DNA of 64,000 bases from Anaerolineales bacterium (GTDB lineage Bacteria > Chloroflexota > Anaerolineae > Anaerolineales > UBA11579): NCBI GenBank assembly GCA_021463845.1, contig JAJTXV010000006.1:49089-113088 (forward strand), read 5' to 3'. The notes under the pieces are model-generated. The model saw only the letters and a program-made list of their open reading frames with translations. It was not told the DNA's origin and made no database searches. Shown here piece after piece: positions 9,021 through 17,813 of this stretch (within the stretch, counting starts at the first letter, position 1; every line of letters begins with the position of its first letter). The position numbers and the translations under genes are program-made.

Positions 9021-9893
9021 GTGGTCACTCTTGAACGCGCCCTGGATGGCGCCATTGAACTGGTGTTGCAGGGCAAAAGCCTCGAAGAGGCTCTGGCTCA
9101 GTACCCTGAACACGCACAGCAGCTGCAGCCCTTGCTACTGGTCACAATGCAGGTTAGCAAGGTGGGCGAAGCCTTGCCTTCCCCCGCCTTCAAGGCGCGC
9201 GGCCGCGCCCTGCTGGAAGGCAGCATGGCCGCCGCCCCGCGCCGCGGCGGCCGCAACCCGCTGTTCAAGCTGGCGGCCAGCATGGCCGCCCTGCTGCTGA
9301 CCCTGGCTACCGCCACCACCGCCATGGCGCAGAGCGCCCTGCCCGGTGACGCCCTACACCCCTGGAAGCTGTACAGCGAGCAAGTCTGGCGCAGCCTGCA
9401 AACCAACCCCGTGCAGGCTGACCTGCAGATCGCCCAGCGCCGCCTCGAAGAGCTGCTGGCGGTGGACGGCGACCCCGAGCGGGTGCCGGCCGCCCTGAGC
9501 GCCTATGCCAGCGCCCTGGATGTTCTGCGCACGCAGCTGGAGGCCCTGCCCGACCGCGCCTTCTCGGCTCAACAGGCGCTGCACGGCCAGCGCGACCAGG
9601 TGCAATCCGCCCTTGAGGCGGCCGGCACCACGGTGGACGAAGTCTTCACCATTCTGCCCACGCTGGATGTGCTCATCACCGCCAACCCGGTGCAGGTGCC
9701 GCTTTCCACGCCCGTTGAGCAAATCCAGCTGGTCGTGCCAGTCATCCCCGCGATCTCGCCCAGCAAGCCGGAGCAGCCGGCAGACGCCAGTAGTGACAGC
9801 GCTTCATCCGAAAACGGCAAGAGCAATATCGTCGAACAGATTGGAAACGCGCTCAATAGCGTGATAGACTCGCTAACCGCTCCTGAGAAGTAA
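9021..9893 (+). CDS. putative anti-sigma factor-like membrane protein
   Basis: GTG start abuts the sigma-factor stop. N-terminal helical region, a single TM (LAASMAALLLTLATATTAMA), extracytoplasmic helical domain. The call rests on position and topology only. Confidence 0.5.
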   Translation: MVTLERALDGAIELVLQGKSLEEALAQYPEHAQQLQPLLLVTMQVSKVGEALPSPAFKARGRALLEGSMAAAPRRGGRNPLFKLAASMAALLLTLATATTAMAQSALPGDALHPWKLYSEQVWRSLQTNPVQADLQIAQRRLEELLAVDGDPERVPAALSAYASALDVLRTQLEALPDRAFSAQQALHGQRDQVQSALEAAGTTVDEVFTILPTLDVLITANPVQVPLSTPVEQIQLVVPVIPAISPSKPEQPADASSDSASSENGKSNIVEQIGNALNSVIDSLTAPEK

Positions 9894-9894
9894 C

Positions 9895-10464
9895 GTGAGC
9901 CAAAATTACACCCCCCCGCTGGAAGTGCGCACCCACTGGCTTCTGCCTGTGGTGGTCTTGTTTTTACTTTGGACGAATTACAGTATCGCCAACGCGGGCT
10001 CCTTTGACTTAGACCAGTTTGCCCCAGTGGTAGTGCGTTCGGAATCGCTGGCGAACTATGGTCAGGATCTGCCAAGCATGGCCTTTCCCGCAGTGGAACC
10101 TGAACTGTTTGACGAAGTTCTGCGCGACAGCGGCGTCACGGCTGATGATGAGAATTCGAGCGCACTGGGTAATCTGAGCAATATCAGCAACCCTGAAGCC
10201 AATTCGTTACCCGCTCAATCAATTCCAGAAGCGACGCCAACGGCTACACGACCAGCGTCAACTCCAATCCCCACGAGCACAGCAGCACCAACGGCTGAAC
10301 CCGGCTCTCCAGGTCAGGGGGAAGGCAATGGCCAAGGCAACGGTCAAGGCAATGGTCAAGGCAATGGTCAAGGCAACGGTCAAGGCAACGGTCAAGGCAA
10401 TGGCCAAGGCAACGGTCAAGGCCAGGGCAACGGACAAGGCAAAGGTCAGGGCAACTCGCCCTAG
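9895..10464 (+). CDS. membrane/secreted protein with C-terminal (GNGQ)n low-complexity tail
   Basis: 189 aa; third gene of the ECF sigma operon; N-terminal TM (WLLPVVVLFLLW); C-terminus GQGEGNGQGNGQGNGQ... Confidence 0.5.
   Translation: MSQNYTPPLEVRTHWLLPVVVLFLLWTNYSIANAGSFDLDQFAPVVVRSESLANYGQDLPSMAFPAVEPELFDEVLRDSGVTADDENSSALGNLSNISNPEANSLPAQSIPEATPTATRPASTPIPTSTAAPTAEPGSPGQGEGNGQGNGQGNGQGNGQGNGQGNGQGNGQGNGQGQGNGQGKGQGNSP
10324..10455 (+). repeat. 12-bp in-frame tandem repeat (ggcaa[t/c]gg[t/c]caa)
   Basis: Eight exact-period units at 10324-10419, then degenerate units to ~10455. Encodes GNGQ; the units differ only at synonymous positions. Confidence 0.9.
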
Positions 10465-12122
10465 CGGCTCATTAATTTTTGAAATGCGGCAACTACACTA
10501 GGATCAAAGTGCCGGCCCGATTGCTCAACAATATAAGCCATGGCACTCTCCGGTGCCATGGCTTCGCGATACGGCCGATCTGATATAAGCGCATCCCACA
10601 CATCAACAACCGCAAAAATACGCGCCTCGAGCGGTATTTGCGTGCCTTTCAGCCCCCTTGGGTAACCGGTGCCATCCCATCGCTCATGATGGCAATATGG
10701 AATTGTCAGTGCGGGCTTTAGGAAGCCGATTTGCTGAATAAACTCGCGCGCCCGCTCAGGATGCTTACGCATGATTGCCAATTGCTCATTTGTCAATCTG
10801 CCGGCTTTCAATAGGATTGAGTCCGGCACGGCAATTTTGCCAATGTCATGCAGCAACGCCCCTCGGCGAATATCCACCAAGGCTTCTTCGCCAATGCCCA
10901 TCTTGCGCGCCAGCGCCACGGTCAGTTCTGCCACTCGCCGGCTGTGCCCTTCCGTCTCGTGGTCACGCAGGTCAGTCGCCCGCGCCCAGCCTTCAATCGT
11001 CTTCTCATAAGCGTCGAGTAGCTCCTGCTTGGATTCGTTGAGGCTGTCAAGCATATGATTAAAAGACTCAGCCAATACGCCAATCTCATCCCGGCCCTGG
11101 GCTGGCACGCTGACATTCAGGTTACCGGCCGCAGCCAGTTGGGCGGCCGCCTTCAGGCGGCTGATCGGTTCTGTTATGCGCCCAGCCACCCATAGCCCCA
11201 CCAGCATCACCAGCACGGCTGAGCCGGTGGTGAGCAACAGTGCGTTGTTGCGCGTAAGCTGTGTGGCCTGTAACAAAAAATTGGTCGCCAGCGAGACGCC
11301 CACAATGCCCTCGGCCTGGCTGCGCACCGTCCATACCGTGTGAATTTCGCTATAACTGATACTGGCGTCCTCCAGCGGAAGGATCAGGCTGCCACTGGTT
11401 TGGTTGCTCAGCACCACCTCAGCCTGCACGTTGGTCAGCGGACGCACCTCGGCCAGGGTGCTTGCCAGCACCTGGCCGTCCAGCCTATAAAAGCTCACCT
11501 GGGCCAAGCTCTCTTCGCGCAGCGCACCAGCCAGGCTCTCCACCCGCCGCCCCACCAGCAGCACCCCGGCCACTTCGCTGCCCTGGCTGATCGGCCCGCT
11601 CAAGCTCAGCACCGCTCCACCGGAGTATTCCAGCACCGCGGTGAACTTATCCCCGCTGGCGTCCACCACGCCCGCCAGTACATTGGTCACCAGCGGCTGG
11701 CGCATCAACCCGGCTGGCGCCTCCACATTCGCGTAGCCGCCGGCCACCTGCTCTACGCTCAGCAGCACGCGGCCGCTGGGCGAGAGCACCGTCAGGTACT
11801 CGACGCCGTCGTTGAGCGCCACCGGCAGCAACAGCAGCTGCAGCGCTTCGGCATCGCCGGTTTCCACCGCGGCGGCCACGCCCTGAATGTTGCCGAGCAA
11901 GCGCAGATCGGTCAACAGGTCCTCCTCCTTACGCACAAGGCTCTCCTGCACTTGTACGGCGCTAGCAATCAGTTGGTTGGTAAAGCGCTCTTCCACCGAT
12001 TCCAAGATCAGGCTGGTGGCAATATACGTAGCCCCGGCCGAAACGGCCAGCGCCAGCAGCAAATACGGCACAGTGATCTGCACCAGAAGAGGGATGTAAA
12101 ACCTACGCAACCAGGATGCCAT
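10461..12122 (-). CDS. sensor HAMP/HD-GYP domain protein
   Basis: ATG at 12122 (MASWLRRFYIPLL...). TM, a large extracytoplasmic domain, second TM, HAMP, then an HD-GYP core (HDIGKIAVPDSILLK...HHERWDGTGYPRGL). Its stop overlaps the stop of the convergent gene (ctag, 10461-10464). Confidence 0.85.
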   Translation of the reverse strand: MASWLRRFYIPLLVQITVPYLLLALAVSAGATYIATSLILESVEERFTNQLIASAVQVQESLVRKEEDLLTDLRLLGNIQGVAAAVETGDAEALQLLLLPVALNDGVEYLTVLSPSGRVLLSVEQVAGGYANVEAPAGLMRQPLVTNVLAGVVDASGDKFTAVLEYSGGAVLSLSGPISQGSEVAGVLLVGRRVESLAGALREESLAQVSFYRLDGQVLASTLAEVRPLTNVQAEVVLSNQTSGSLILPLEDASISYSEIHTVWTVRSQAEGIVGVSLATNFLLQATQLTRNNALLLTTGSAVLVMLVGLWVAGRITEPISRLKAAAQLAAAGNLNVSVPAQGRDEIGVLAESFNHMLDSLNESKQELLDAYEKTIEGWARATDLRDHETEGHSRRVAELTVALARKMGIGEEALVDIRRGALLHDIGKIAVPDSILLKAGRLTNEQLAIMRKHPERAREFIQQIGFLKPALTIPYCHHERWDGTGYPRGLKGTQIPLEARIFAVVDVWDALISDRPYREAMAPESAMAYIVEQSGRHFDPSVVAAFQKLMSR

Positions 12123-12202
12123 GCAATGTTTCTCGCCTTCTAAGGCACACACTGTACCCTAAGCCCGAGCTCCTAGGGTCTTATTTGAGCGTACAACTAT
12201 GC

Positions 12203-12230
12203 TTGACACGATTTTAGGCGTAAGTACAAT
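12203..12230 (+). promoter_or_regulatory. sigma-70-type promoter of the second csp gene
   Basis: TTGACA (12203-12208), 16 nt, TACAAT (12225-12230). Predicts a ~90-nt 5' UTR. Confidence 0.55.
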
Positions 12231-12328
12231 CCAGCCAAACAATTTCGCAAGACAATGAGATTGTCCTGGGCCTGCACGGCTGGGAGAGAGCCGGGCCCTG
12301 CTTCAACATCGGAGAGGAGTTTCAAAGC

Positions 12329-12541
12329 ATGGCAGAGAAGGAAAAGGGGACGGTCAAGTGGTTCAATAGCGCGAAAGGATACGGATTTTTAGAGCGTGAC
12401 TCGGGCGGAGACATCTTCGTCCACTTCAGCGCCATCATGGCTGAAGGCTTCCGTACCCTCAAAGAAGGTCAGCGGGTGGAATTTGTGGTTGGCGACAGCG
12501 ACAAAGGCCCGCAGGCACAAGACGTTGTGGTAGTCGAATAA
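12329..12541 (+). CDS. cold-shock protein (CspA family)
   Basis: 70 aa; [15 protein letters not shown]...DIFVHFSAI; SD ggagaggag. Confidence 0.92.
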   Translation: MAEKEKGTVKWFNSAKGYGFLERDSGGDIFVHFSAIMAEGFRTLKEGQRVEFVVGDSDKGPQAQDVVVVE

Positions 12542-12548
12542 ACAACGC

Positions 12549-12581
12549 AAAAGCCCCGCCAAGAGCGGGGCTTTTTTTGTT
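12549..12581. terminator. bidirectional rho-independent terminator
   Basis: aaaagccccgc caaga gcggggcttttttt between the convergent csp and TPR genes. Confidence 0.85.
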
Positions 12582-13766
12582 TTACGGCTCGGCCCGCACG
12601 CTGAAATCATCGAAGAGGATCTGCGTGCCGCCTTCTGCCGCCAGGCTGCCGGCCAGCAAACCCACCTGCCCGCTGGCGTACTGGTCATCCGTGGTTTCCA
12701 CCACGAATTCCCCGTTCACATACAGCGCCAGGCGGTTGCCGGCGCACACCGCCGTGATCACATTCGGCTCGCCGCCCAGGCGGATGGCCGAATGGCGCAG
12801 CATCATCTCCTGCCCGATCAGGGCCAGGGTGTCGCCGCTCTTCTTGGTGATGCCAAAATAGCCGTCGCTGCTGATCAGGAACGCATAGAAATCGCCGGTC
12901 TGGCCGGTACCCTGCACCCGGCACAGCAGGCCAAAGATGTTGTCGTCATCACCACCCAGCTTGGTGGCCGTGGCTTGCACGACCGTATCGGTGACCATGC
13001 GCCCCGGCAGGGCCCACACCACCTGGCTCGGCGGTGACTGGGCCAGCAGGTAACCGCCCTCCCAGTAGCTGCCCGAGGTGTCCGGCCCGCCGTTGCTGTA
13101 CCAGCCGCTGGCCGGGTTCGAGAAATCGTCCACGAACAGCAGGCCGGCCTCGCCCGCCTGGGCCACCGCCTGCTGCTGCAAGGCGGCGATCTCGGCCTGC
13201 AGCGCGGCGGCTTCCGGCGTGTTGGGCACCAGGCTCAGGTAGACCTGCAGGTCAAAGCTGGCCGCGGTGTAATTGCCCAGGGTGCGCTGCAGCTCGGCCC
13301 GGTTGCGGTAGGCCTGCGCAAAGGTGGGCAGCAGCTCGATCGCCCGCGTCAGATCGGCCAGGGCCGCGGTGCCATCACCGCGCTGGGCGTGCAGCAGGCC
13401 GCGGCTCTGGTAACTCGACGCTCGGTTCGGGTCCAGCGCGATCGCCTGGTCCAGGTCAGCCAGGGCTGCGTCCAGGTTGCCGGCGGCGTGCTGGGCCATG
13501 CCGCGCTGCCAGTAGGCCGCCGCGCTGTCGGGCCGCTCGGCTAGGGCCGCATCCAAATAGGCGATCGCCGCACCCCACTCGGCCCGGTTGGCCGCGTCCT
13601 GGGCCAGGCGCAGCAGCTCATCAAAGCTGGGCGCCAGCGTCGGCTCCGCCTGCTGCTCAGGCTGAGCCGGCAGGCCGCCCGGTTGCGGTATCGATTGTGA
13701 TGAAGTGGGGAACGTGCACGCCGCAAGCAGCATGCTCAACGCCAGAAGCAAGACAAGCCAACGCAT
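12582..13766 (-). CDS. TPR-repeat lipoprotein with C-terminal beta-rich domain
   Basis: 394 aa; lipobox LLAAC; several TPR units (AAAYWQRGMAQHAAGNLDAALADLDQAIALDP..., SSYQSRGLLHAQRGD...). Confidence 0.7.
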   Translation of the reverse strand: MRWLVLLLALSMLLAACTFPTSSQSIPQPGGLPAQPEQQAEPTLAPSFDELLRLAQDAANRAEWGAAIAYLDAALAERPDSAAAYWQRGMAQHAAGNLDAALADLDQAIALDPNRASSYQSRGLLHAQRGDGTAALADLTRAIELLPTFAQAYRNRAELQRTLGNYTAASFDLQVYLSLVPNTPEAAALQAEIAALQQQAVAQAGEAGLLFVDDFSNPASGWYSNGGPDTSGSYWEGGYLLAQSPPSQVVWALPGRMVTDTVVQATATKLGGDDDNIFGLLCRVQGTGQTGDFYAFLISSDGYFGITKKSGDTLALIGQEMMLRHSAIRLGGEPNVITAVCAGNRLALYVNGEFVVETTDDQYASGQVGLLAGSLAAEGGTQILFDDFSVRAEP

Positions 13767-13810
13767 GGGCGTACTCTACTTTAAAAGCAAACTCTGGGCA
13801 AGGCGAGCAC

Positions 13811-13843
13811 AAAAAAAGAGGGCAGTACGCTGTACTGCCCTCT
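13811..13843 (-). terminator. rho-independent terminator
   Basis: Minus strand: gagggcagtac..gtactgccctc stem followed by ttttttt (A-run 13811-13817 on the plus strand). Confidence 0.75.
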
Positions 13844-13870
13844 TTAGGCTTTTGCAGATACTGTGATCAG

Positions 13871-14614
13871 CTACTCGCCGCGCACGATAACTTCGATCCA
13901 GATCGGCAGGTTGTAGTCCGGGCCAACACCCACCTGCTGGGTTCCGTCAAAGCGCAGCACCCATTCGCCGCGGTGCGTGCCGGGCGTGGGCGGGGCTACC
14001 AGGTTGATGGTGAAGTTGGCATAGCCGCCCGCTGGCACGCCATAAGTGATCGTCAGCGGGGAGCTGCCGTTCATGCGGTTACCGCCCGCAAAGAACAGCT
14101 CGTATTCACCGGCGCGCCAGTCACAAGTGCCTACGTTCTGCAGGCGCCAGGTCTTGGCCATGGCTTGCCCGGCGTTCACTCGCGTGCCGTCAGGATAGGT
14201 CTCGTCATACACATAGCGGGCCGCGTAGCACGGCGCAGTGGCGCTGGCCGCGGTGCTGGTGGCGGTTGGCGTCACTTCGTCCGTCTCGGCCACCGTGGCC
14301 GTCGGGGTCAACACCGCCGCCAGGGAGGTCAGCTGTGCGGCTTCCAGGGTCGGCGTGGCCGGTCTGGTGGTGGCGGTCGCCCTCGGCGTGGAAGTCGAGG
14401 TCGGCGCGTTCGCTACCGTGGCCTGGCCCAGCAGTGCATCCAGGGTCTGCTGGATCTGGGCGTCTGCCGTCTGGGCCGCCTTCTCGGTGGCCTGGCCGAC
14501 GTCTTCATTGGAGCCCAGGGGCGCGGAGCGCACACAGGCGATGGACACCGCCACCAGGGCGGCGGCCATCAAAAGCAAAGCGTGATTGCGTGAAATTTTC
14601 ATAGCACGTTCCAT
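13871..14614 (-). CDS. secreted protein with C-terminal NBR1-type Ig-like domain
   Basis: Signal/TM region LLLMAAALVAVSIAC, a Thr/Ala/Pro linker, then DETYPDGTRVNAGQAMAKTWRLQNVGTCDW...PGTHRGEWVL pattern as in bacterial NBR1-like Ig domains. Start at 14614 or 14602. Confidence 0.65.
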   Translation of the reverse strand: MERAMKISRNHALLLMAAALVAVSIACVRSAPLGSNEDVGQATEKAAQTADAQIQQTLDALLGQATVANAPTSTSTPRATATTRPATPTLEAAQLTSLAAVLTPTATVAETDEVTPTATSTAASATAPCYAARYVYDETYPDGTRVNAGQAMAKTWRLQNVGTCDWRAGEYELFFAGGNRMNGSSPLTITYGVPAGGYANFTINLVAPPTPGTHRGEWVLRFDGTQQVGVGPDYNLPIWIEVIVRGE

Positions 14615-14681
14615 GTTCCTTTAGAGTTGCTGAAAAACTATACAAGAATCGTGCCAGGCGCGCCCTGTTTTGCAGACGCAC

Positions 14682-14712
14682 AAAAAAAGCGGGCGGCCAA
14701 TTGGCCGCCCGC
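14682..14712 (-). terminator. rho-independent terminator
   Basis: gcgggcggccaa/ttggccgcccgc perfect stem, with an A-run at 14682-14688 (T-run on the minus strand). Confidence 0.75.
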
Positions 14713-14733
14713 TTTGTCAACTCAAAAGTCAGC

Positions 14734-15600
14734 TTAAGGTGCGTAGCATTCGTTGGGCATCTGGCTGCCGGAACGCCAGCCGCACAACGCAAAAACGCCG
14801 TTGATATTGCCGGAGAACTGCACCAGGCTGCGGTTCATGGTGGCTGCCCACCCGCCGCGGTTGGTGGCCTGCTCAAAGTCACCCGCCACCTTGATGTGGC
14901 CGGGCATCATCGAGCCGGCCAGCTCATAGGTGATGTTGTCAGGCGCCAGCACCACTGTGCCGGTGATCACCTCACCCGAGCGGTGGAACGAGATCTGGCC
15001 GTTGCGGATCATGCCCGAGCCGAGGTCGACCACGCGCACACTCCACTCGCCCACCCAGGTGTAGATCGGCGTTGCGGTGGGTCCGGGCTGGATGACGACC
15101 GGCAACGGAGGCCGGGTGGCCTCAGGCAGGTTGTAGCCTTCAAAGCTGGTGGGGCTGGCGTAGCCCAGCCACAGCCAGCACTCGCCCTCACCGGAGGGGT
15201 CAACCACCACGGCATAGTGACCGCCGCTGTAGGTCTTGAGCACTTCAGTCTGCTGGCCGGCGCGGAACACGCCGCGCCAGGTGTACTGGCTGCCCGGGCC
15301 GGAGCGGCAGTTGGTGTCACGTGATACGGTCACCACCGCGCCGGATCCGCTGGCCGCCGGCGGTGCGCTCACTACCTGGGTGGCCTCTGCGGTCGGCTCC
15401 GGGCTCGGGGCGGCCGCTTCCGGCGTATTGGTCGGCGCGGGCTGGTTGGCCTGTGCTGCTTCGGTCAGCAGGCCGCTGGCCTGCTGCGTGCCGGCGATGC
15501 CGGTGGCCACCAGGCCGGCCACATCCGCGGCCGGGGCGCAGGCTTGCAGCGCCAGGGCCGCGATCAGTACAAACAACAGGCTTAGTTTTCGAGTTGTCAT
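14734..15600 (-). CDS. secreted lipoprotein, SH3b-like domain plus Cys-containing C-terminal domain (paralog 1 of 3)
   Basis: ATG at 15600 with SD ggagga. Lipobox ALALQAC. DTNCRSGPGSQY...ECWLWLGY SH3b-like block. C-terminal FSGNINGVFALCGWRSGSQMPNECYAP. Confidence 0.6.
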   Translation of the reverse strand: MTTRKLSLLFVLIAALALQACAPAADVAGLVATGIAGTQQASGLLTEAAQANQPAPTNTPEAAAPSPEPTAEATQVVSAPPAASGSGAVVTVSRDTNCRSGPGSQYTWRGVFRAGQQTEVLKTYSGGHYAVVVDPSGEGECWLWLGYASPTSFEGYNLPEATRPPLPVVIQPGPTATPIYTWVGEWSVRVVDLGSGMIRNGQISFHRSGEVITGTVVLAPDNITYELAGSMMPGHIKVAGDFEQATNRGGWAATMNRSLVQFSGNINGVFALCGWRSGSQMPNECYAP

Positions 15601-15686
15601 AATCCTCCACGAGCAGGGCGTCGATCTCACCAACGCCGCAGGACTCTATCTTACCTTGCGGGCATTAAAAGCGCCGCATGCCTAGA

Positions 15687-15724
15687 TTAAAAACGCAGGT
15701 GGCGCAGCAAATGCTGCGCCACCT
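15687..15724 (-). terminator. rho-independent terminator
   Basis: aggtggcgcagc aaat gctgcgccacct stem, followed on the minus strand by gcgttttt. Confidence 0.7.
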
Positions 15725-15748
15725 GATGAGAAACAAACCACCGCAAGC

Positions 15749-16609
15749 TTACGGAGCCAGGCAGGCGCCGGGTTCCCCCGCGCCGCCGCGCCAGCCGCAG
15801 AACGACCAGCCGCCGCCGATGTTGCCGTTGAACTGGTTATTGTTCAGCAGGAAGGCCTGCCAGGCACCGCTACTGGGTACCGTGCTGGTCCAGCTGCCGC
15901 TGGCCTGCTGACCCCCACTGGCGATCGTGCCGGTGAAGGTGTACGTATACGGACCCCAGGTGGTAGTTCCGCTGATGTTGTTGCCTGAGATCGAGAAGCT
16001 AATGCTGTTCGTGTAGGTGGTGGCACCAAGCTGAGTCTTGTTGCTCCAGCTGCCGCCACCAAAGCTCGGCAGCGGGGTCGGAGTGACTGTCGGCGTGAAA
16101 GTAGCCGTGGGCGTCGGCGGCTGGGTGGCCGTCGGCAGGTCGTACGCTGTGAAGTCCGTGGCGGTGGCATAACGCAGCCACAGCCAGCAGTCACCCGCGC
16201 TGTTGGGGTTTTGCACCACCACATATTCCGAGCTCGGGAAGGTCTTCAGCACTTGTACCTGCTGGCCGGCGGCAATGGTGGTGATCAGCCGGTAGGCCAC
16301 GCTGGGGCCGGAGCGGCAGTTGGTGTCCTGCGTCACCGAGACGTACGCAGTGCCCAACGTCGGCACCAGCGTACTGGTCGGCTCCTGAGTTTCGCCGGCC
16401 TGGGTGGCTTCGCCACCCGAGTCCGGCGCGGCAGTAGCTTGCGTGCCGCCGCCGTTGTTGCCGGCCGCGGCCGTCTCCAACTGGCTGATCTGCATGGTCT
16501 GGGCGATGCCAGTGGCAATCGCATCTTCCGTGCTCAAGCCGCCGCACGCAGCCAGCAGCAAAGCAAGCCCAACCAGAACTACAAGTGCGCCTTTACGTAC
16601 AGTCATCAT
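15749..16609 (-). CDS. secreted lipoprotein, SH3b-like domain plus Cys-containing C-terminal domain (paralog 2 of 3)
   Basis: SD aaggag; lipobox LLLAAC; DTNCRSGPSVAYRL...GDCWLWLRY; C-terminal FNGNIGGGWSFCGWRGGAGEPGACLAP. Confidence 0.6.
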   Translation of the reverse strand: MMTVRKGALVVLVGLALLLAACGGLSTEDAIATGIAQTMQISQLETAAAGNNGGGTQATAAPDSGGEATQAGETQEPTSTLVPTLGTAYVSVTQDTNCRSGPSVAYRLITTIAAGQQVQVLKTFPSSEYVVVQNPNSAGDCWLWLRYATATDFTAYDLPTATQPPTPTATFTPTVTPTPLPSFGGGSWSNKTQLGATTYTNSISFSISGNNISGTTTWGPYTYTFTGTIASGGQQASGSWTSTVPSSGAWQAFLLNNNQFNGNIGGGWSFCGWRGGAGEPGACLAP

Positions 16610-16641
16610 GAACTCCTTACTATTGATAAGAGTTCACTATT

Positions 16642-17466
16642 CTAAGGCCACTTGCATGGGCTGGGGAAGCCCCCAGAACGCGTTCCGCAGAACTCCCAAC
16701 TGCCCATGTCCAGATTGCCGATGAACTGGGCTGAGCCGGGGGCGGTGATGCGCGCCTGCCAGTTGCCGCTGCCCGTGCCGCCAAAGCTGCCGCTGGCTTG
16801 CTGGTGGCCGCTGGCGATCGTGCCGGTGAAGGAGTAGGCGAACGCGCCCGGATTGGTGACCGCGCTGCAGGTCAGGTTCATGCCCGTGACCGAGCAGCTC
16901 ATCGCGCCGGTGCGCTCGACCCCGCCGTGGAACACGCGGATGGTCCAGTTGCCCGACCAGTCAAAGGACGGCGTCGGCGAGGGCGTAATGGTCGGCGTGG
17001 GGGTCGGCGGCTGGGTGGCCGTCGGCAGGTTGTAGGCGCTGAAATCAGACGTGTTTGCATAGCGCAACCACAGCCAGCAGTCGCCCGAGCTGTTGGGGTT
17101 CTTCACCACCACATAGTCTGAGCCGGCAAAGGTCTTGAGCACTTCCACCTCTTGGCCGATCGTGACGGTTGTCACCAGACGGTAGTGCTGGCTGGGGCCG
17201 GAGCGGCAGTTGGTATCCACCGAGACGGAGACCAGGGCGATCGCCGAGGTCGGCTCTGCGGTTTCGCCGGGCGCAGTCGTGTTCGTCGGCTGGGCAGCCG
17301 GGGTGGCGGTTGCCGCCCCGCCAGCCGCGGCCGTCTCCAGCTGGCTGATCTGCTGGGTCTGCGCAATGCCGGTGGCAATGGCGTCTTCCGTGCTCAGGCC
17401 GCCGCAGGCGGCCAGCAGCACCGAAAGCACCAGGAATGTGGTCAATAACAGTTTATGAGAACGCAT
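16642..17466 (-). CDS. secreted lipoprotein, SH3b-like domain plus Cys-containing C-terminal domain (paralog 3 of 3)
   Basis: Internal ATG at 17466 preceded by ggaggaaag. MRSHKLLLTTFLVLSVLLAAC lipobox. DTNCRSGPSQHYRL...GDCWLWLRY. C-terminal FIGNLDMGSWEFCGTRSGGFPSPCKWP. Only 32 nt separate it from paralog 2. Confidence 0.6.
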   Translation of the reverse strand: MRSHKLLLTTFLVLSVLLAACGGLSTEDAIATGIAQTQQISQLETAAAGGAATATPAAQPTNTTAPGETAEPTSAIALVSVSVDTNCRSGPSQHYRLVTTVTIGQEVEVLKTFAGSDYVVVKNPNSSGDCWLWLRYANTSDFSAYNLPTATQPPTPTPTITPSPTPSFDWSGNWTIRVFHGGVERTGAMSCSVTGMNLTCSAVTNPGAFAYSFTGTIASGHQQASGSFGGTGSGNWQARITAPGSAQFIGNLDMGSWEFCGTRSGGFPSPCKWP

Positions 17467-17582
17467 CTTTCCTCCAGAAAGGCTGCCAGGTATCGTCAGC
17501 AACCCTGTCCATACAACGATTAAACACGCAAAAACACATGCGCCAAATGGTACTTTTTGAGGGGTTGGCGCAATTGCCTCGA

Positions 17583-17617
17583 AAACAAAAATGCGCCGCA
17601 AAACGGCGCATTTTTTG
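17583..17617 (-). terminator. rho-independent terminator (symmetric A/T flanks)
   Basis: atgcgccg caaaa cggcgcat stem flanked by aaaacaaaaa and tttttt. Lies downstream of the 59-aa minus-strand gene. Confidence 0.8.
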
Positions 17618-17631
17618 CGTTTACAGCCAGA

Positions 17632-17811
17632 TCAGGCTTTGCGCTGCCACAGCAACAAGGCAGCCACCATGGCCACGATGCCCACCAGCGACCAGCGCAG
17701 GTCGTTGTCCATAAAACTCGGCCACAGGCTGGCGGTCAAGCCCAGACCCTGCAGCAGGAAGATGAAACCCATCAGCCCCAGGCCAATGGCGAATAACTTG
17801 ATCAATGACAT
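17632..17811 (-). CDS. small two-TM membrane protein (59 aa; below the ORF-track cutoff)
   Basis: Hand translation: MSLIKLFAIGLGLMGFIFLLQGLGLTASLWPSFMDNDLRWSLVGIVAMVAALLLWQRKA. ATG lies 2 nt after the upstream TAG (TAGCCATG); a terminator follows. Confidence 0.5.
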   Translation of the reverse strand: MSLIKLFAIGLGLMGFIFLLQGLGLTASLWPSFMDNDLRWSLVGIVAMVAALLLWQRKA

Positions 17812-17813
17812 GG

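Noticed and set aside
10324-10455. Regular short repeats that might suggest a CRISPR array
   Set aside because: The period is only 12 bp with no spacers. The repeats are in frame within a coding ORF and encode GNGQ. No cas genes are present in the window.
13034-14593. 519-aa plus-strand ORF rich in Arg/Pro/Gly/Ala
   Set aside because: Antisense to the TPR lipoprotein and NBR1-Ig genes, both of which have signal peptides, domain motifs and terminators on the minus strand.
16642-17601. 319-aa version of paralog 3 with a 45-residue N-terminal extension
   Set aside because: The extension runs through a terminator hairpin (17583-17617). The internal ATG at 17466 has a ggaggaaag SD and yields a canonical lipoprotein signal peptide matching the other paralogs.
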